Shown piece by piece: positions 11,846 through 26,479 of a stretch of 64,000 nucleotides of DNA. The stretch is from contig NC_043023.1 in the NCBI RefSeq assembly GCF_006345805.1, positions 8,122,001 through 8,186,000 of the forward strand, in the 5' to 3' direction. The notes below the pieces were generated by a model. It searched no databases. It saw nothing but the letters and a program-made list of their open reading frames with translations, and was not told where the DNA came from. The position numbers and the translations under genes are program-made. This DNA comes from Octopus sinensis (taxonomy: Eukaryota). How positions within the stretch are numbered: position 1 is the stretch's first letter; each line of letters begins with the position of its first letter.

Positions 11846-12322
11846 AAGAGAAAGGGTTACATTCTCTCTATAGATTAGTATAAAGGAGCTAATTTTGAAT
11901 TCCCATATACAAAGTAAACAATCAGGTGGGGTTGGTTGTATTTAACAGGAAAAAAGTAACCAAATAAGGGAGTATGGAATGTTAAATATTGGGGACTAAA
12001 ATTAATATCAAACTATCCATAATCAATACAGCTTAGATATTAGTATGAAAGAAATCATCATCATCATTTACTGTCCGTTTTCCATGCTAGCATGTGTTGG
12101 ATGGTTCGACTGGGCTATGGGAAGCCAGGAGGCTGCACCAGGCTCCAGTCTGATCTGGCATTGTTTCTACAGCTGGATGCCCTTCCTAACGCCAACGACT
12201 CCGTGAGTGAAGTGGGTGTTTTTTAGTGCTACCGGCACAGGGGCTGCATGAGGCTGGCAAACAGCCCCGATTTGTTGATGCTTTTATGTGTCACCGACAT
12301 GGACGGCGCTGGCATCTTCCAT

Positions 12323-12690
12323 GTTCGGGTGGAAGGAGACTGGAATAGGGTAACCATTGACATAATGAACTATTGGGAAAATGTATACCCCTCAATGGTC
12401 GACTGTGGTCCAGAGCAGATGGCTATATGGAGAGAGATCAGGATGGAAAGTGCTGCCAAAATTGCCAGAAGACAATGGAGGCAGTCTTCTGGTACAACAT
12501 ACCGTCCAGGTTAGGGCAAACCGAAGAGTCTGCCTCGAAAAGAGCCATATTCTAGTGAAAAGGGAGACATCTCAGCATGGTGTCTGTACAGTTCGAAGAC
12601 GAGGTGTGGGTGAAGACCCTGAATGCTTGTGTAGGGCATTGGCCATAAATTTATAACAGACGGACTATAGACAGGAACCTCACAGCAGGC
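12323..12690 (+). pseudogene. Decayed Gypsy-type LTR-retrotransposon integrase fragment
   Basis: WNRVTIDI..Y..MVDCGP..AIWREIR.ESAA.IA, then in another frame EAVFWYN..RLGQ.E and DEVWVK; duplicate at 25340-25710. Confidence 0.55.
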
Positions 12691-12724
12691 TACTTAGTGA
12701 GTTGCTCTGCAGAGAAGGGACTTC

Positions 12725-13124
12725 CGATCTTTTCCGTTTGACCGGCAGTTTTTTCTAGCAGTGTCATATGAAATTGTCACCCATAATTATGACCCTACTA
12801 TGGATCTATTGCATTTCAATCTCTTTTAGGGTTAGGGGTGGGGGGAAGGGTATCTTTTTCTTCCGAAATGTAAATAAACCCAATCTGTTTCTTAAACGAG
12901 GGACATATTCATACGGCACAGAATGTTTTCACCTTAGTAGACGTCATTGATTGGTTGAAATTGAAGAAAAAAAACAACAAATATCTTACAAACTATAGAA
13001 TTTTCTCAATAAAGCCAAGAGAAAAAGATGTTTTATAAACACATTCTACCAGTATACGAAGTTTAGAACTGTTTAGTTACGTGGAAATTAATTTAGAAAA
13101 CTGCCGGTCAAACCGAAAAGATCC
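12725..13124 (+). mobile_element. GGATC-family MITE
   Basis: TIRs CGATCTTTTCCGTTTGACCGGCAG / CTGCCGGTCAAACCGAAAAGATCC; duplicate at 25744-26145. Confidence 0.8.
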
Positions 13125-13926
13125 TAGAATATACAAATATACTTTGTTAAATTAATCTGGTGAGAATTTAAAAAAAACTTGAAGATGGAGTTATTGACAG
13201 AAAGGGACAAAGTTAAAAAAACACCGGAACGTATCCAACGAGTCAGTAGCGCTCTCTATTGGAGAATTGAGGAAATACAATCATATCAAGGGACACAACT
13301 TCTAAAAGACATCAACCACGAGGCCAAAGTAGCTAATTAGGGAAGTTAATTAGGGAGGTTAATTACCGATCACCGAGTCGCTGTTTATTTCTGAATACGG
13401 TAAGTTGACACAGATTTACTTTAAGGCTGTAATAGTGTTGATAATACTACTAATAATAAGGTAAATAATAGAATTCTGTGAACCTCTCGATGTTACAGTA
13501 ATTATTTTTCCAAGCGGGAACCTGACAATAATTAGGAAAATATATTTGTTCGTCTTAATTTCCAAACTGAAATGTTGATCTGTTGTTTATAAAATACTAT
13601 GACCGACTGATATATGTGATATAAAGTAAATTAGTTGGTATAAATGAATGTAATGTGGCATAATTAATTAGTAAAATGAGAAGAAACCGATTGAAGAATT
13701 CCACATTAATTAATTCTGACCTGTTGTTAATTAGGCATTGATAAAACGGTAAGTTGATGAAGATTTGCTTTAAGGTTATATTAATAATCGTAATGGTGGT
13801 TTAAAATTTCGGCCCAGGGCGAGCGGGAGTCGATGACACGGGCCCCAGAATTTCCTGAAAGGAATGAACGGCAAAGTCAACCTCGGCTGTATTTGAACCC
13901 AAGACTTACTGTCGGGATCGACTCTG

Positions 13927-14333
13927 GGATCTTTTCGGTTTGAACGGCAGTTTTTAAAAACATTTTCCACGTAACTAAACACTTTTAAACTTCGTATACT
14001 TGTAGAATGTGTTTATAAAACATCTTTTTCTCTTGGCTTTCTTGAGAAAATTCTATGGTTTGTAAGATATTTGTTGGTTTTTTTTCTTCAATTTCTGCAA
14101 TTTCAACCAATCAATGACGGTTATTGAGGTGAAAACATTCTGCCGTATGAACATGTCCCTCGTTTATAAACAGATTGGGTTTATTTACATTTCTGAAGAA
14201 AAAGATACCCTTCCCCTCACCCCTAACCCTAAAAGAGATTGAAATGCAATAGATCGATACTTGGGTCATAATTATGGGTAACAATTTCATATGACGCCGC
14301 TAGAAAAAACTGCCGTTCAAACCGAAAATATCC
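13927..14333 (-). mobile_element. GGATC-family MITE in reverse orientation
   Basis: Reverse complement of 737-1144 with both TIRs. Confidence 0.82.
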
Positions 14334-14788
14334 CCCAAGACTTACTGTGGAGATGGACTCTCTGTTTCATTTTTTTCAGTGTGAGTAAAAATAATAATAA
14401 TCTTTGGTACTTTAGGCACAAGTCCTGAAATTTGGTAGAAGGGCGTAAGTCGATTCCATGGACCCCAGTACTGTTCTTATTTTATTGATCTCGAAAGGCA
14501 AAGTCGACCTCGGCGGACTTTGAAGTGTTAGAGTAAAGACGGACGAAATGCTGTTAAGCATTTTGTGCAGTATGCTAATGATTCTGCCAGTAAATAATGG
14601 AATTCTGTGAACCCTTCGAAGTTACTGCAATCTGTGAAAATGCATAGAAAGATTGAAAAAATATGCTCGCTTGTCTTAGATATAAAAAAAGGGATTTTCC
14701 TGAAAGGTATGAGGAAGGTAGGCGTAGGGCCGAACTAAGCCTTGTGAGTGGATTTCATAGACAGAAACTGAAAGAAGCCCTTTGTATA

Positions 14789-14819
<31 letters not shown>

Positions 14820-15592
14820 GTATTTGTGTGTGTGTGTATGTTTTTGTGTCTGTGTTTGTCTCCCCAACATTGCTTGACAACCGATGCTGGTGTGTTTACG
14901 TGCCCGTAACTTAGCGGTTCAGCAAAAGCAACGAATAGAATAAGTACTAGGCTTCCAAACAATAAGTCCTGGGTCGATTTGCTTGACTGTATGGCGGTGC
15001 TCCAGCATGGTCACAGTCAAGTGTCTGAAACAAGTAAAAGAGTAAAAGTTGTGTAGGTATGCCAGTCTTTCAATGCTTCAATGAACTCCGACCCTTGCGA
15101 ACATTGACATTAAACGGATGACAGTATTGATGTTGTAAAATTTGCAATGTTGAATTATTATGTCACTTAACTATTCTCTTTATCTCACTGTTTCTTTTCC
15201 TCTTTCAGAATATCAGATCATGTTGACATAAAAGAAATCTTGTCGTTCAGATGTGATTTCGATATTTTTATCAACTTTCATCAACTAAAGGAAGACAATA
15301 TATTTATAAGGAGCCTTCATCAATACATCAACCTTTTTATATTGATATAATCTATGACAAACAACGGCAAAATATTTTTCTTGTCTTCACTGTCTGGAAT
15401 GTAGAGGAGGTGATTGCTTTACAAGTTTGGATAACTTTACGAAGGACCTGACAGTTTTCACCTGCTAATTCAGATATTAAGTAAGATCACAGCTGAAAAA
15501 CATAGCATTAAATTATTCCCTGACAATACTAACTGAACTGAACACAAACATATTCATAGAAAAGAGAAAAAAACAATATCTTTGTGATATAT

Positions 15593-16750
15593 ATGACAAA
15601 CTATTCTCTCAGAATGAATAATTTAATAAAATCTAAAAATCCTGATACCAGTGAGAAATCATATTCCTGTGATGTCTGTGGAAAATCATTCTCTCGAAGA
15701 ACTCACTTGACCATTCACAGATGTATTCATAATGGTGAAAAGCCATATCAGTGTGATATCTGTGGTAATTCATTCTCTTGTAATAGTCAATTGACTAATC
15801 ATAAACGTATTCATACTGGAGAGAAGCCATATCAGTGTGATATTTGTGGTAAATCATTTTCTGAAACTTGCAATTTAACTGTTCATAAGCGTACACATAC
15901 AGGAGAGAGGCCATATCATTGTGATATCTGTGGCAAATCATTCACTGCAAACAGTCATTTTACTAAACACAAGCGCGTTCATACAGGAGAGAAACCCTAT
16001 CGTTGTGATATTTGTGGAAAATTATTTTCTCAGAGAAGTCACTTGTCTGTTCACAAACGTACACATACAGGAGAGAAGCCATATCAGTGTGATATCTGCG
16101 GTAATTCATTCTTTTGTAATAGTCAGTTGACTACTCATAGACGTATTCATACTGGTGAAAAACCGTATGCCTGCGATTTATGTGATAAATCATTTTCTCA
16201 AATTAATGCTTTAACTAGACACAAACGTGTTCATAATGGTGAGAAGCCATATCATTGTGATATCTGTGGTAAATCATTATCTGCAAACGGTAACTTGTCG
16301 ATTCACAAACGCATTCATACTGGGGAAAAACCATATCACTGTGATATCTGTGGTAAATCATTTTCTGAAAATAGCACTTTAACTAAACACAAGCGTGTTC
16401 ATACAGGAGAGAAACCATATCGTTGTGATATCTGTGGCAAGTCTTTTTCTCTCAATAGCGCTTTAACTAGTCACAAACATATTCACACAGGTGAGAAACC
16501 ATATCGCTGTGATATCTGTGGTAAATCATTTTCTGAAAATAGCACTTTAACTATTCACAAGCGTATTCATACAGGTGAGAAGCCATATCAATGTATTATC
16601 TGCGGTAAATCATTTTCAGAAAATGGTCTCTTGACTAGACACAGACGTATTCATACTGGGGAAAAACCATATCAGTGTGATATCTGTGGTAAATCATTCT
16701 CACGAAAATTCCACTTAAGTAGACATATGAGTATACACACACAAGTGTGA
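15593..16750 (+). CDS. C2H2 zinc-finger protein ZNF-B (13 intact fingers)
   Basis: Uninterrupted ORF with 13 CxxC/HxxxH units ending SIHTQV*; acceptor TTTCAG at 15208. Confidence 0.93.
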   Translation: MTNYSLRMNNLIKSKNPDTSEKSYSCDVCGKSFSRRTHLTIHRCIHNGEKPYQCDICGNSFSCNSQLTNHKRIHTGEKPYQCDICGKSFSETCNLTVHKRTHTGERPYHCDICGKSFTANSHFTKHKRVHTGEKPYRCDICGKLFSQRSHLSVHKRTHTGEKPYQCDICGNSFFCNSQLTTHRRIHTGEKPYACDLCDKSFSQINALTRHKRVHNGEKPYHCDICGKSLSANGNLSIHKRIHTGEKPYHCDICGKSFSENSTLTKHKRVHTGEKPYRCDICGKSFSLNSALTSHKHIHTGEKPYRCDICGKSFSENSTLTIHKRIHTGEKPYQCIICGKSFSENGLLTRHRRIHTGEKPYQCDICGKSFSRKFHLSRHMSIHTQV

Positions 16751-17701
16751 CTGTATAAGTATTAAAATTTGTTACAACATGCCTAAAATTACTTCTAGTT
16801 TTTCTGCAAAGAGACAGGGATTTTTTTTATCTCTTCAAATTTCATGGTATCAACTTCAATTTCATCAATGTCAACATCAAATTCAACTAAGACTTTGATT
16901 TCTGAAGATGGTCATGCTGGAGTTTTGAGGAATTTGTTATGAGAGAATAAAGAAATGAGAATAAGGAATAAAAACTGAATTAAACTGAAGTTGGTTTTGT
17001 CTATGTACTTTCATCATTGTCGTCATTTTCATCATCATCATCCTTCAGCGATAGCTTTTCTTTATATGCTGTCAGGGGTGGGACGGTTTGATATGAGCTG
17101 GCATGCTGCACCAGGTTCCAGTCCGATTTGTTTGGGTTTCTTTGGATGTATTCTCCTAATATTAACCAGTTTACAGTTTATGCTGTGTGCTTTATATCAT
17201 CATCATCATCATTTAACATCCGCCTTCCAAGCTAGCATGGGTTGGACGATTTGACTGAGGACTGGTGAACGAAATGGCTGCACCAGGCTCCTTTCTGATC
17301 TGGCAGAGTTTTGACAGCTGGATGCTTTTCCTAACAACAACCACCCCGAGAGTGTAGTGGGTGCTTTTATGTGTCACCGGCATGAGGAACAGTCAGGCAG
17401 TACTGGCAACGGCCACGCTCAAATGGTTTTAGCTCAAAAGAGAGCATAGGATTGGTTAAAATTCAAAAAATTAAACTACGTTAAACAAACAAATTACAAT
17501 TTTCTCAAGAAAGCCAAGAGAAAAAGATGTTTTATTTTGACACATTCTACCAGTATACAAAATTTTAAAGTGTTTAGTTAACTAGAAATTGTCTGCCGTT
17601 CAAAAGGAAAGGATCCAATTTATGTGCTGGAAAAGGAGTAGACTTTATTAAAATAATCTGGTGTAAATTTGGAAAAACTCCAAAGTAATTTATTGACAGA
17701 A

Positions 17702-17975
17702 TGGGACAAAGAAATTCACTGGAGCGGAAAAAGGAGTAGACATTATCAAAATAATCTGGTGAATGGGACAAAGAAAATCACTGGAGCGAAAAAAGGAGTA
17801 GACATTATCAAAATAATCTGGTGAATGGGACAAAGAAAATCACTGGAGCGAAAAAAGGAGTAGACATTATCAAAATAATCTGGTGAATGGGACAAAGAAA
17901 ATCACTGGAGCGAAAAAAGTAGTAGACATTATCAAAATAATCTGGTGAATGGGACAAAGAAAATCACTGGAGCGG
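17702..17975 (+). repeat. 62-bp minisatellite upstream of ZNF-C
   Basis: GACATTATC at 17739, 17801, 17863 and 17925; present once (4600) in copy A. Confidence 0.9.
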
Positions 17976-18752
17976 AACCAACAACTCAGCAGAGCCACCT
18001 ATTGGAGAATTGAAGAAATACAATCATACGAAGGGAAGTAACTTCTACAACACAGTGAACCTCTCGATGTTACAGTAATTATTTTTCGAAGCGGGAACCT
18101 GACAATAATTAGGTAAATATATTTCTTCGGCTTAATTAATGACTTCCAAATTGAAATGTTGATTTGATGCTTATAAAATACTATGACCGACTGATACATG
18201 TGATATGACTGAAATTAATTGGTAAAGTGAGAATAAAACAGTGTAATTAATTAGTAAAATGTGAGGAGTCCGATTGAAGAATTCCACATTAATATATGTT
18301 ATCCTGTTGTTAATGAGGCATTGATAAAACGGTAAGTTGATAAAGATTTACTCTAATGTTATATTAATAATAGTAATGATGATGATGATTTTAAAACTGG
18401 CCCAGGGTCAGCAATCTTTCATACGAGAGATAAGTCGATTGCATGGGTCCCGGTTTTTTCCCGAAAGAGATGAAAGACAAAGTCGATCTCATCCGTATTT
18501 GAACTCAGGACTTTCCGCCGAGGTTGGCTTTGTATTTCATTCCATTCCGTGTGAAGAAAATAGTAATGATGATGATGATAATAGTAATCATTTGATAATT
18601 AAAACAATAACCTTTTGTGCTTTTGACCTGAAAATTGGCGGGAGGGCATAAGTGAATTACATATACCCTAGTACTTGATTGCTTCTTATTTTTTCTACCT
18701 GGAAATGATGAAAGGGGACCTTGATGTGATTTGAACTTTGAGAGTAATGATG

Positions 18753-19454
18753 CGATCTTTTCACTTTCACCGGCAGATTTTTAAAAAAATTTCTATGTAA
18801 CTAAAACATTTAAAACTTCGTATACTGGTAGAATGTACTTAAATGTTTTTCTCTTGGCTTTCTTGAGAAAATTCTGCATTTTGTAACATATTTGTTTAAT
18901 TTCTTGCATTTCGGTAATTTCAACCAATTAATGACGTCTATTGAGGTGAAAACGATTTCTGGCGGCGTTATATGAAAATGTCCCTGTTACATATTATATA
19001 TTCGTTTAAGAAACAGATTGGGTTTATTTACATTTCTGAAGAAAAAAAAAGATACCCTTCCCATATTGAAATGCAATAGATCGATACTAGGATCATAATT
19101 ATAGGTGGACACTAAATAGGGAACGATTTTGTTATCCAGCTCTGATTACGAGTGACCCCTCAGTTTATGGCCACAGGGTATCTTTTTTTTCATAAAAAAC
19201 AGACATTTTCATATGACACCGCCAGTAAATGTTACGGCAGAAATCGTTTTCACCTCAATAGATGTCTTTGATTGGTTGAAATTGCCGAAATGCAAGAAAT
19301 TAAACAACAAATATGTTACAAACTACAGAATTTTCTCAAGAAAGCCAAGAGAAAAAGATATTTTATAAACACATTCTACAAGTATATGAAGTTTAAAATT
19401 TTTTAGTTACATAGAAATTATTTTAAAAATCTGCCGGTCAAAGCAAAAAGATCC
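18753..19454. mobile_element. Long-TIR MITE, duplicate of 5425-6156
   Basis: Same TSD TAATGATG at 18745-18752 and 19455-19462. Confidence 0.88.
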
Positions 19455-20150
19455 TAATGATGTGTAGGGCACTGCCCATGGGCTCATCGTAGACAGCATG
19501 AAGACAGGGACCTTCACTGCTGGATAGCTAGCGAGCTGGTCCAGAAGAGGGAATTCCGGTCGGGCAACATGAAGTCTTAAATCAAACATTTTTCTGAAAG
19601 GTAAAGGTGAAGTGTGTAGTAAACTTGTGTGGGTATACCAATGTTTCAATGCCTCAATGAACTCTGACCCCTGTAAACATTGACATTAAATGGCTGACAG
19701 TGTTCATGTTGTAATATTTACAATGTTGAATTACTATGTCACTTAACTATCCTCTTTATCTTACTGTTTCTTTTTCTATTTCAGAATATCACATCATGAT
19801 GACATGAAAGAAATTACTTCGTTCAGATATGCCTTTGATATTTTTATCATCTAAAGGATGACGATATTTTTATAAGGAGCATTCATCTATACATCAACGT
19901 TTCTATATAAATATAATCTATGACAAACAACAGCAGAATATTTTTCTTGTCTGGAATGTAGAGGAGGTGATTGCTTTACAAGTTTGGATAACTTTACAAA
20001 CGAGTTGACAGTTTTCACCTGTTGATTTAGGTATTAAGTAAGATCACAGAAGAAAGAAAGATTTACATTAAATTATTCTTTGAAAAAATTAATGCAAATG
20101 GACACAAACATATTCATAGAAAAGAAAAAAACAATATTAATGTGATATAT

Positions 20151-21514
<1,364 letters not shown>

Positions 21515-22027
21515 TGAGTATTCACACAAAAGTGCAACCATTCAGTATTAATCTTTATTACAACAATTATGGCTATTTTTTTCTGCTGAAAGACAGGGCT
21601 ATTTTTATCTCTTCAGATATGATGTTATCAACTTCAATTTCAATAATGTCAACATCAAATTCATGAATGTCATGTATATATATGGAAGTGTATCAACAAT
21701 GTCTTTGATTTCTGAAGATGATTGCTCTGGATTTTTGAGCAATTTGTTTTGAGAGAATAAAGAAATGGGAATAATGAATAAAAGGTTACACTGAAGTTGA
21801 TTTTGTCTATGTGTTTTCATCATTGTCGCTGTTATCATCATCATCCTTTAGTGAAAATTTTTTTCTTTACTGGCATGGGTGGCACAGTGTGACATTAGCT
21901 GGCAAACCATGATGCTGCACTAGGTTCCAGTCTGATTTGTTTGGGTTTCTTTGGATGTATTCTCCTAATAGAGTTTATGCTGTGTACTTCAAATATATGT
22001 GTGCCTATGCACTCACACACACATGTG

Positions 22028-22086
<59 letters not shown>

Positions 22087-22935
22087 CATCATCATCCAAT
22101 GAAAAAATATATATTTACAATGATACCGAGGGGAAGGGGTTCCGCCACACTTTTTCCAAGCAAAAATAAGGAGTTTGCAGCACATTGCGATGTCAGGGTA
22201 CTTGATTCCATGAAAAAAATCTGAGTTTTTTTGTTTGTCTTTATGAAAATATCAAAATTTACCCAAAATCCTTCTGGACTCCAAATTCTCCGAAAAAAAT
22301 TGTGACAACAAATTCGTATGTAATCATAATCTATACCATCTAAAAAGTATTATCATCATAATCTACCACATCAGTCATGGAAAATTTTGAATTTCCGTTA
22401 ATCTACCAAATCATCATCATCATTTAACGTCCGCTTTCCATGCTAGCATGGGTTGGACGATTTGTTTGAGGTCTGGCAAACCAGACTCCAATCTGATCTG
22501 GCAGAGTTTTTACAGCTTGATGCCCTTCCTAACGCCAACCAGCTGTAGAAACTCTGCCAGATCAGATTGGAGTCTGGTTCGCCAGACCTCAGTCAAATAT
22601 ATATATATATATATATGTACAAATGATGAGAAGACAAAGAAAACTGTTTAACACATCGTGACAGGGCAGTAAAAGCAGTTCCTCTGGTACTAAAATTCGT
22701 GTGATGGGTGAAAAGTTATTTGACCATTGGCGACGGAAAATGGGAGAAACTATTAAATAGATAACTTGACACTTGCTCAGGAATTAAACAATGAAGATAT
22801 TTATGTTTGTGGTGGCGAAGTTATGTGATCTGCAGTAGAGTAGACTAAATCGCCTCCCACCAAGCAGACCAACTTCGTGGCCTTAGAGTGTGTAGGCAAG
22901 GGAAGAGAGATGCAAAAACAAAAAAAAAATGAGAA

Positions 22936-23333
22936 TTATATATATATATAAGGCTGAAGTTGTCTGTGTATGGCAGGTTTGGTAACCTTCAAATAACACT
23001 ATCTCCTCCAAGACCCTGCAGCGCAATTTGACCAAACTTGAGAGTATGATAGAAGAAGGCTTGCTCTTCCTTCCTTAGAAGAAAAAATTCAAATCGGACC
23101 ATGTTAACACCAAAAATTATTTACATCACAAAGGTGCTTTTTCTCTATGAAAATCCCTATTTTTTACGATTTTTTGACTGCTGTGTCGTCATTTTTCGGT
23201 GTATTTCAACCAGAAAAATGTTCAATTAAAGAGGATAACAAGCTACATAATGCAAAATTTTACTTTTCAAAAATTCCAATTCTAAAGGGTCGAAAAGAAA
23301 ACAAGCCCGAGCAACGCTGGGCTATACTGCTAG
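22936..23333 (+). mobile_element. Non-autonomous Helitron
   Basis: 3' hairpin GCCCGAGCAACGCTGGGC (23305-23322) followed by CTAG|T. Confidence 0.78.
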
Positions 23334-23483
23334 TATATATATAAAGGGCAATGTGTAAAGACTCCCTTCAGTCATTAATGACCATGGTATTGCATCTAGG
23401 AAGTTCACCTCAAAGGCACAACTCCAGGCAAGGTTCTTTTCACGGAAGACCAGCTGTTGCCCATGCACACCAGTCTCCCCTCT

Positions 23484-24054
23484 CATCATCATCATCATTG
23501 TTCGACCGTGGTCGAGACAATGGAATTTACCATGTTACGCCAGACTTCACGGTCCATCATGGCATTACGGAGGTCCTGTTGCTTGATGCCTGCATCCCTG
23601 GAGATTACATCAGGGTAGGAGAGTGTGCGCCCTCTGGTATTGTGAGTAGATGTCTTCCAGAGGAGAAGGGTAGAAATTGCCTCGTTTTCCGCTCTACAAC
23701 AATGTCCAGCAAACTGGACTCTCCTACCTTTCACAAGAGATGACACAGGTGGTAGTTTCCTATATATTTGCATTTTGGTTGGATGGTGCCTCCACGAGAG
23801 ATTTTGAGCTCTCATAAGGAGGCGAGTGTAGGTTCCATCCAACCGCCTCTCAAGCTTCTTTGATAACGTCCAGGTTTCTGAGCCATATAGTAGAATTGGT
23901 TCGACTGTGACTTTGAAGATTTCAAGTTTGAAGTCTCTACTTAGATTTGATGACCAGATCTTATGCATGTCATTACAGGCTGACCAGGCCATACCCTTTC
24001 TAGTTAGAAAGTCTTTCCCAGATGATGATATGTATGACCCAAGGTATTTGTAAT
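23484..24054 (-). mobile_element. 5'-truncated RTE-clade LINE (RT C-terminus)
   Basis: YKYLGSY, ILLYGSETWTL, FAGHC motifs; (TGA)n tail; 13-bp TSD CAGTCTCCCCTCT at 23471-23483 and 24055-24067. Confidence 0.88.
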
Positions 24055-26479
24055 CAGTCTCCCCTCTACAGGCCACCAATGTCATCCAAGTGAAGGCCAA
24101 AAGCTAATACAGCTTGGCACCAGTGATGTTGCAGTTCATTTCTAAAGGTGAGTGAAATGGACCACCATGAAATAAAGTGTCTTGCTCAAGAACACAACAC
24201 AGCCTGGTCCAGGAATCAAAATGACTACATGATTGTGAACCCAGCATTCTAACCACTGAGCTATGTGCATCTCTCTCTCTCTTTCTCTGTGTGTATACAT
24301 ACATACATATATATGAATGTATATACAGGAGGCAGTTGACAAAGCCAGCTTCTATATATGGCTGAAATGAGAAGACCCAGAATAGATTTTCCTATTTTTA
24401 ATTCCAATATTTATAGATTGTACTTAACATTAAGGTTTTTAATATAAATTACTTAATGAGTATAAGACTTTATTTAGATGTATATTAAATAAATAAATTA
24501 ATTAATTAATAATTTCGCCGCAGGAGTGGCTGTGTGGTAAGTAGCTTGTTAACTAACCACATGGTTCCGGGTTCAGGCCCACTGCGTGGCACCTTGGGCA
24601 AGTGTCTTCTGCTATAGCCTCGGGCCGACCAAAGCCTTGTGAGTGGATTTGGTAGACGGAAACTGAAAGAAGCCCGTCGTATATGTGTATATATATGTAT
24701 ATGCATGTTTGTGTTTGTTCCCCTAACATTGTTTGACAACCGGCAAAAGAGACCGATAGGATAAGTACTAGGCTTACAAAGAATAAGTCCTGGGGTCGAT
24801 TTTCTCGACTAAAAGGCGGTGCTCCAGCATGGCCGCAGTCAAATGACTGAAACAAGTAAAAGAGAAAGAGAAATGGTTACATTCTCTCTATAGATTAGTA
24901 TAAAGGAACTAATTTTGAATTCCCATATACAAAGTAAACAATCAGGTGGGGTTGGTTGTATTTAACAGGAAAAAAGTAACCAAATAAGGGAGTATGGAAT
25001 TTTAAATATTGGGGACTAAAATTAATATGAAACTATCCATAATCAATACAACTTAGATATTAGTATGAAAGAAATCATCATCACCATTTACTGTCCGTTT
25101 TCCATGCTAGCATGTGTTGGATGGTTCGACTGGGCTATGGGAAGCCTGGAGGCTGCACCAGGCTCCAGTCTGATCTGGCAGTGTTTCTACAGCTGGATGC
25201 CCGTCCTAACGCCAACGACTCCGCGAGTGAAGTGGGTGTTTTTTAGTGCTACCGGCACAGGGGCTGCATGAGGCTGGAAACAGCCCCGATTTGTTGATGC
25301 TTTTATGTGTCACCGACATGGATGGCGCTGGCATCTTCCATGTTCGGGTGGAAGGAGACTGGAATAGGGTAGCCATTGACACCATGAACTATTGGGAAAA
25401 TGTATACCCCTCAATGGTCGACTGTGGTCCAGAGCAGATGGCTATATGGAGAGAGATCAGGACGGAGAGTGCTGCCAAAATTGCCAGAAGACAATGGAGG
25501 TAGTCTTCTGGTACAACATACCATCCAGGTTAGGGCAAACCGAAGAGTCTGCCTCGAAAAGAGCCATATTCTAGTGAAAAGGGAGACATCTCAGCATGGT
25601 GTCTGTACAGTTCGAAGACGAGGTGTGGGTGAAGACCCTGAATGCTTGTGTAGGGCATTGGCCAGAAATTTATAACAGACGGACTATAGACAGGAACCTC
25701 ACAGCAGGCTACTTAGTGAGTTGCTTTGCAGAGAAGGGACTTCCGATCTTTTCCGTTTGACCGGCAGTTTTTTCTCGCGGTGTCATATGAAATTGTCACC
25801 CATAATTATGACCCTAGTATCGATCTATTGCATTTCAATCTGTTTTAGGGTTAGGGGTGGGAGGAAGGGTATCATTTTTTTCTTCACAAATGTAAATAAA
25901 CCCAATCTGTTTCTTAAACGAGGGACATATTCATACGGCACAGAATGTTTTCACCTTAGTAGACGTCATTGATTGGTTGAAATTGAAGAAAAAAACAACA
26001 AATATCTTACAAACTATAGAATTTTCTCAATAAAGCCAAGAGAAAAGTATGTTTTATAAACACATTCTACCAGTATACGAAGTCTAAAAGTGTTTAGTTA
26101 CGTGGAAATTATTTTAAAAAACTGCCGGTCAAACCGAAAAGATCCTAGAACATACAAATATACTGGTGAGAATTTTAAAAAAACTTGAAGATGGAGTTAT
26201 TGACAGAAAGGGACAAAGTTGAAAAAACACCGGAACGAATCCTACAAGTCAGTAGCGCTCTCTATTGGAGAATTGAGGAAATACAATCGTATCAAGGGAC
26301 ACAACTTCTAAAAGACATCAACCACGCGGCCAAAGGGATGTTAATTAGGGAGGCTAATTAACGATCACTGAGTCGCTGTTTATTTGTGAATACGGTAAGT
26401 TGACAAAGATTTAATTTAAGGCTGTAATAGTGGGTACTTGTATCACAGAGTGGTCCCGGTTGCGCACACGCGGATTCGC

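Larger units (their letters stand above)
4310..13437 (+). repeat. Segmental duplication copy A (~9.1 kb)
   Basis: Colinear with 17450-26432, including shared MITE and TSD, intron, 3' flank, SINE hairpin, Helitron and integrase relic. Confidence 0.9.
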
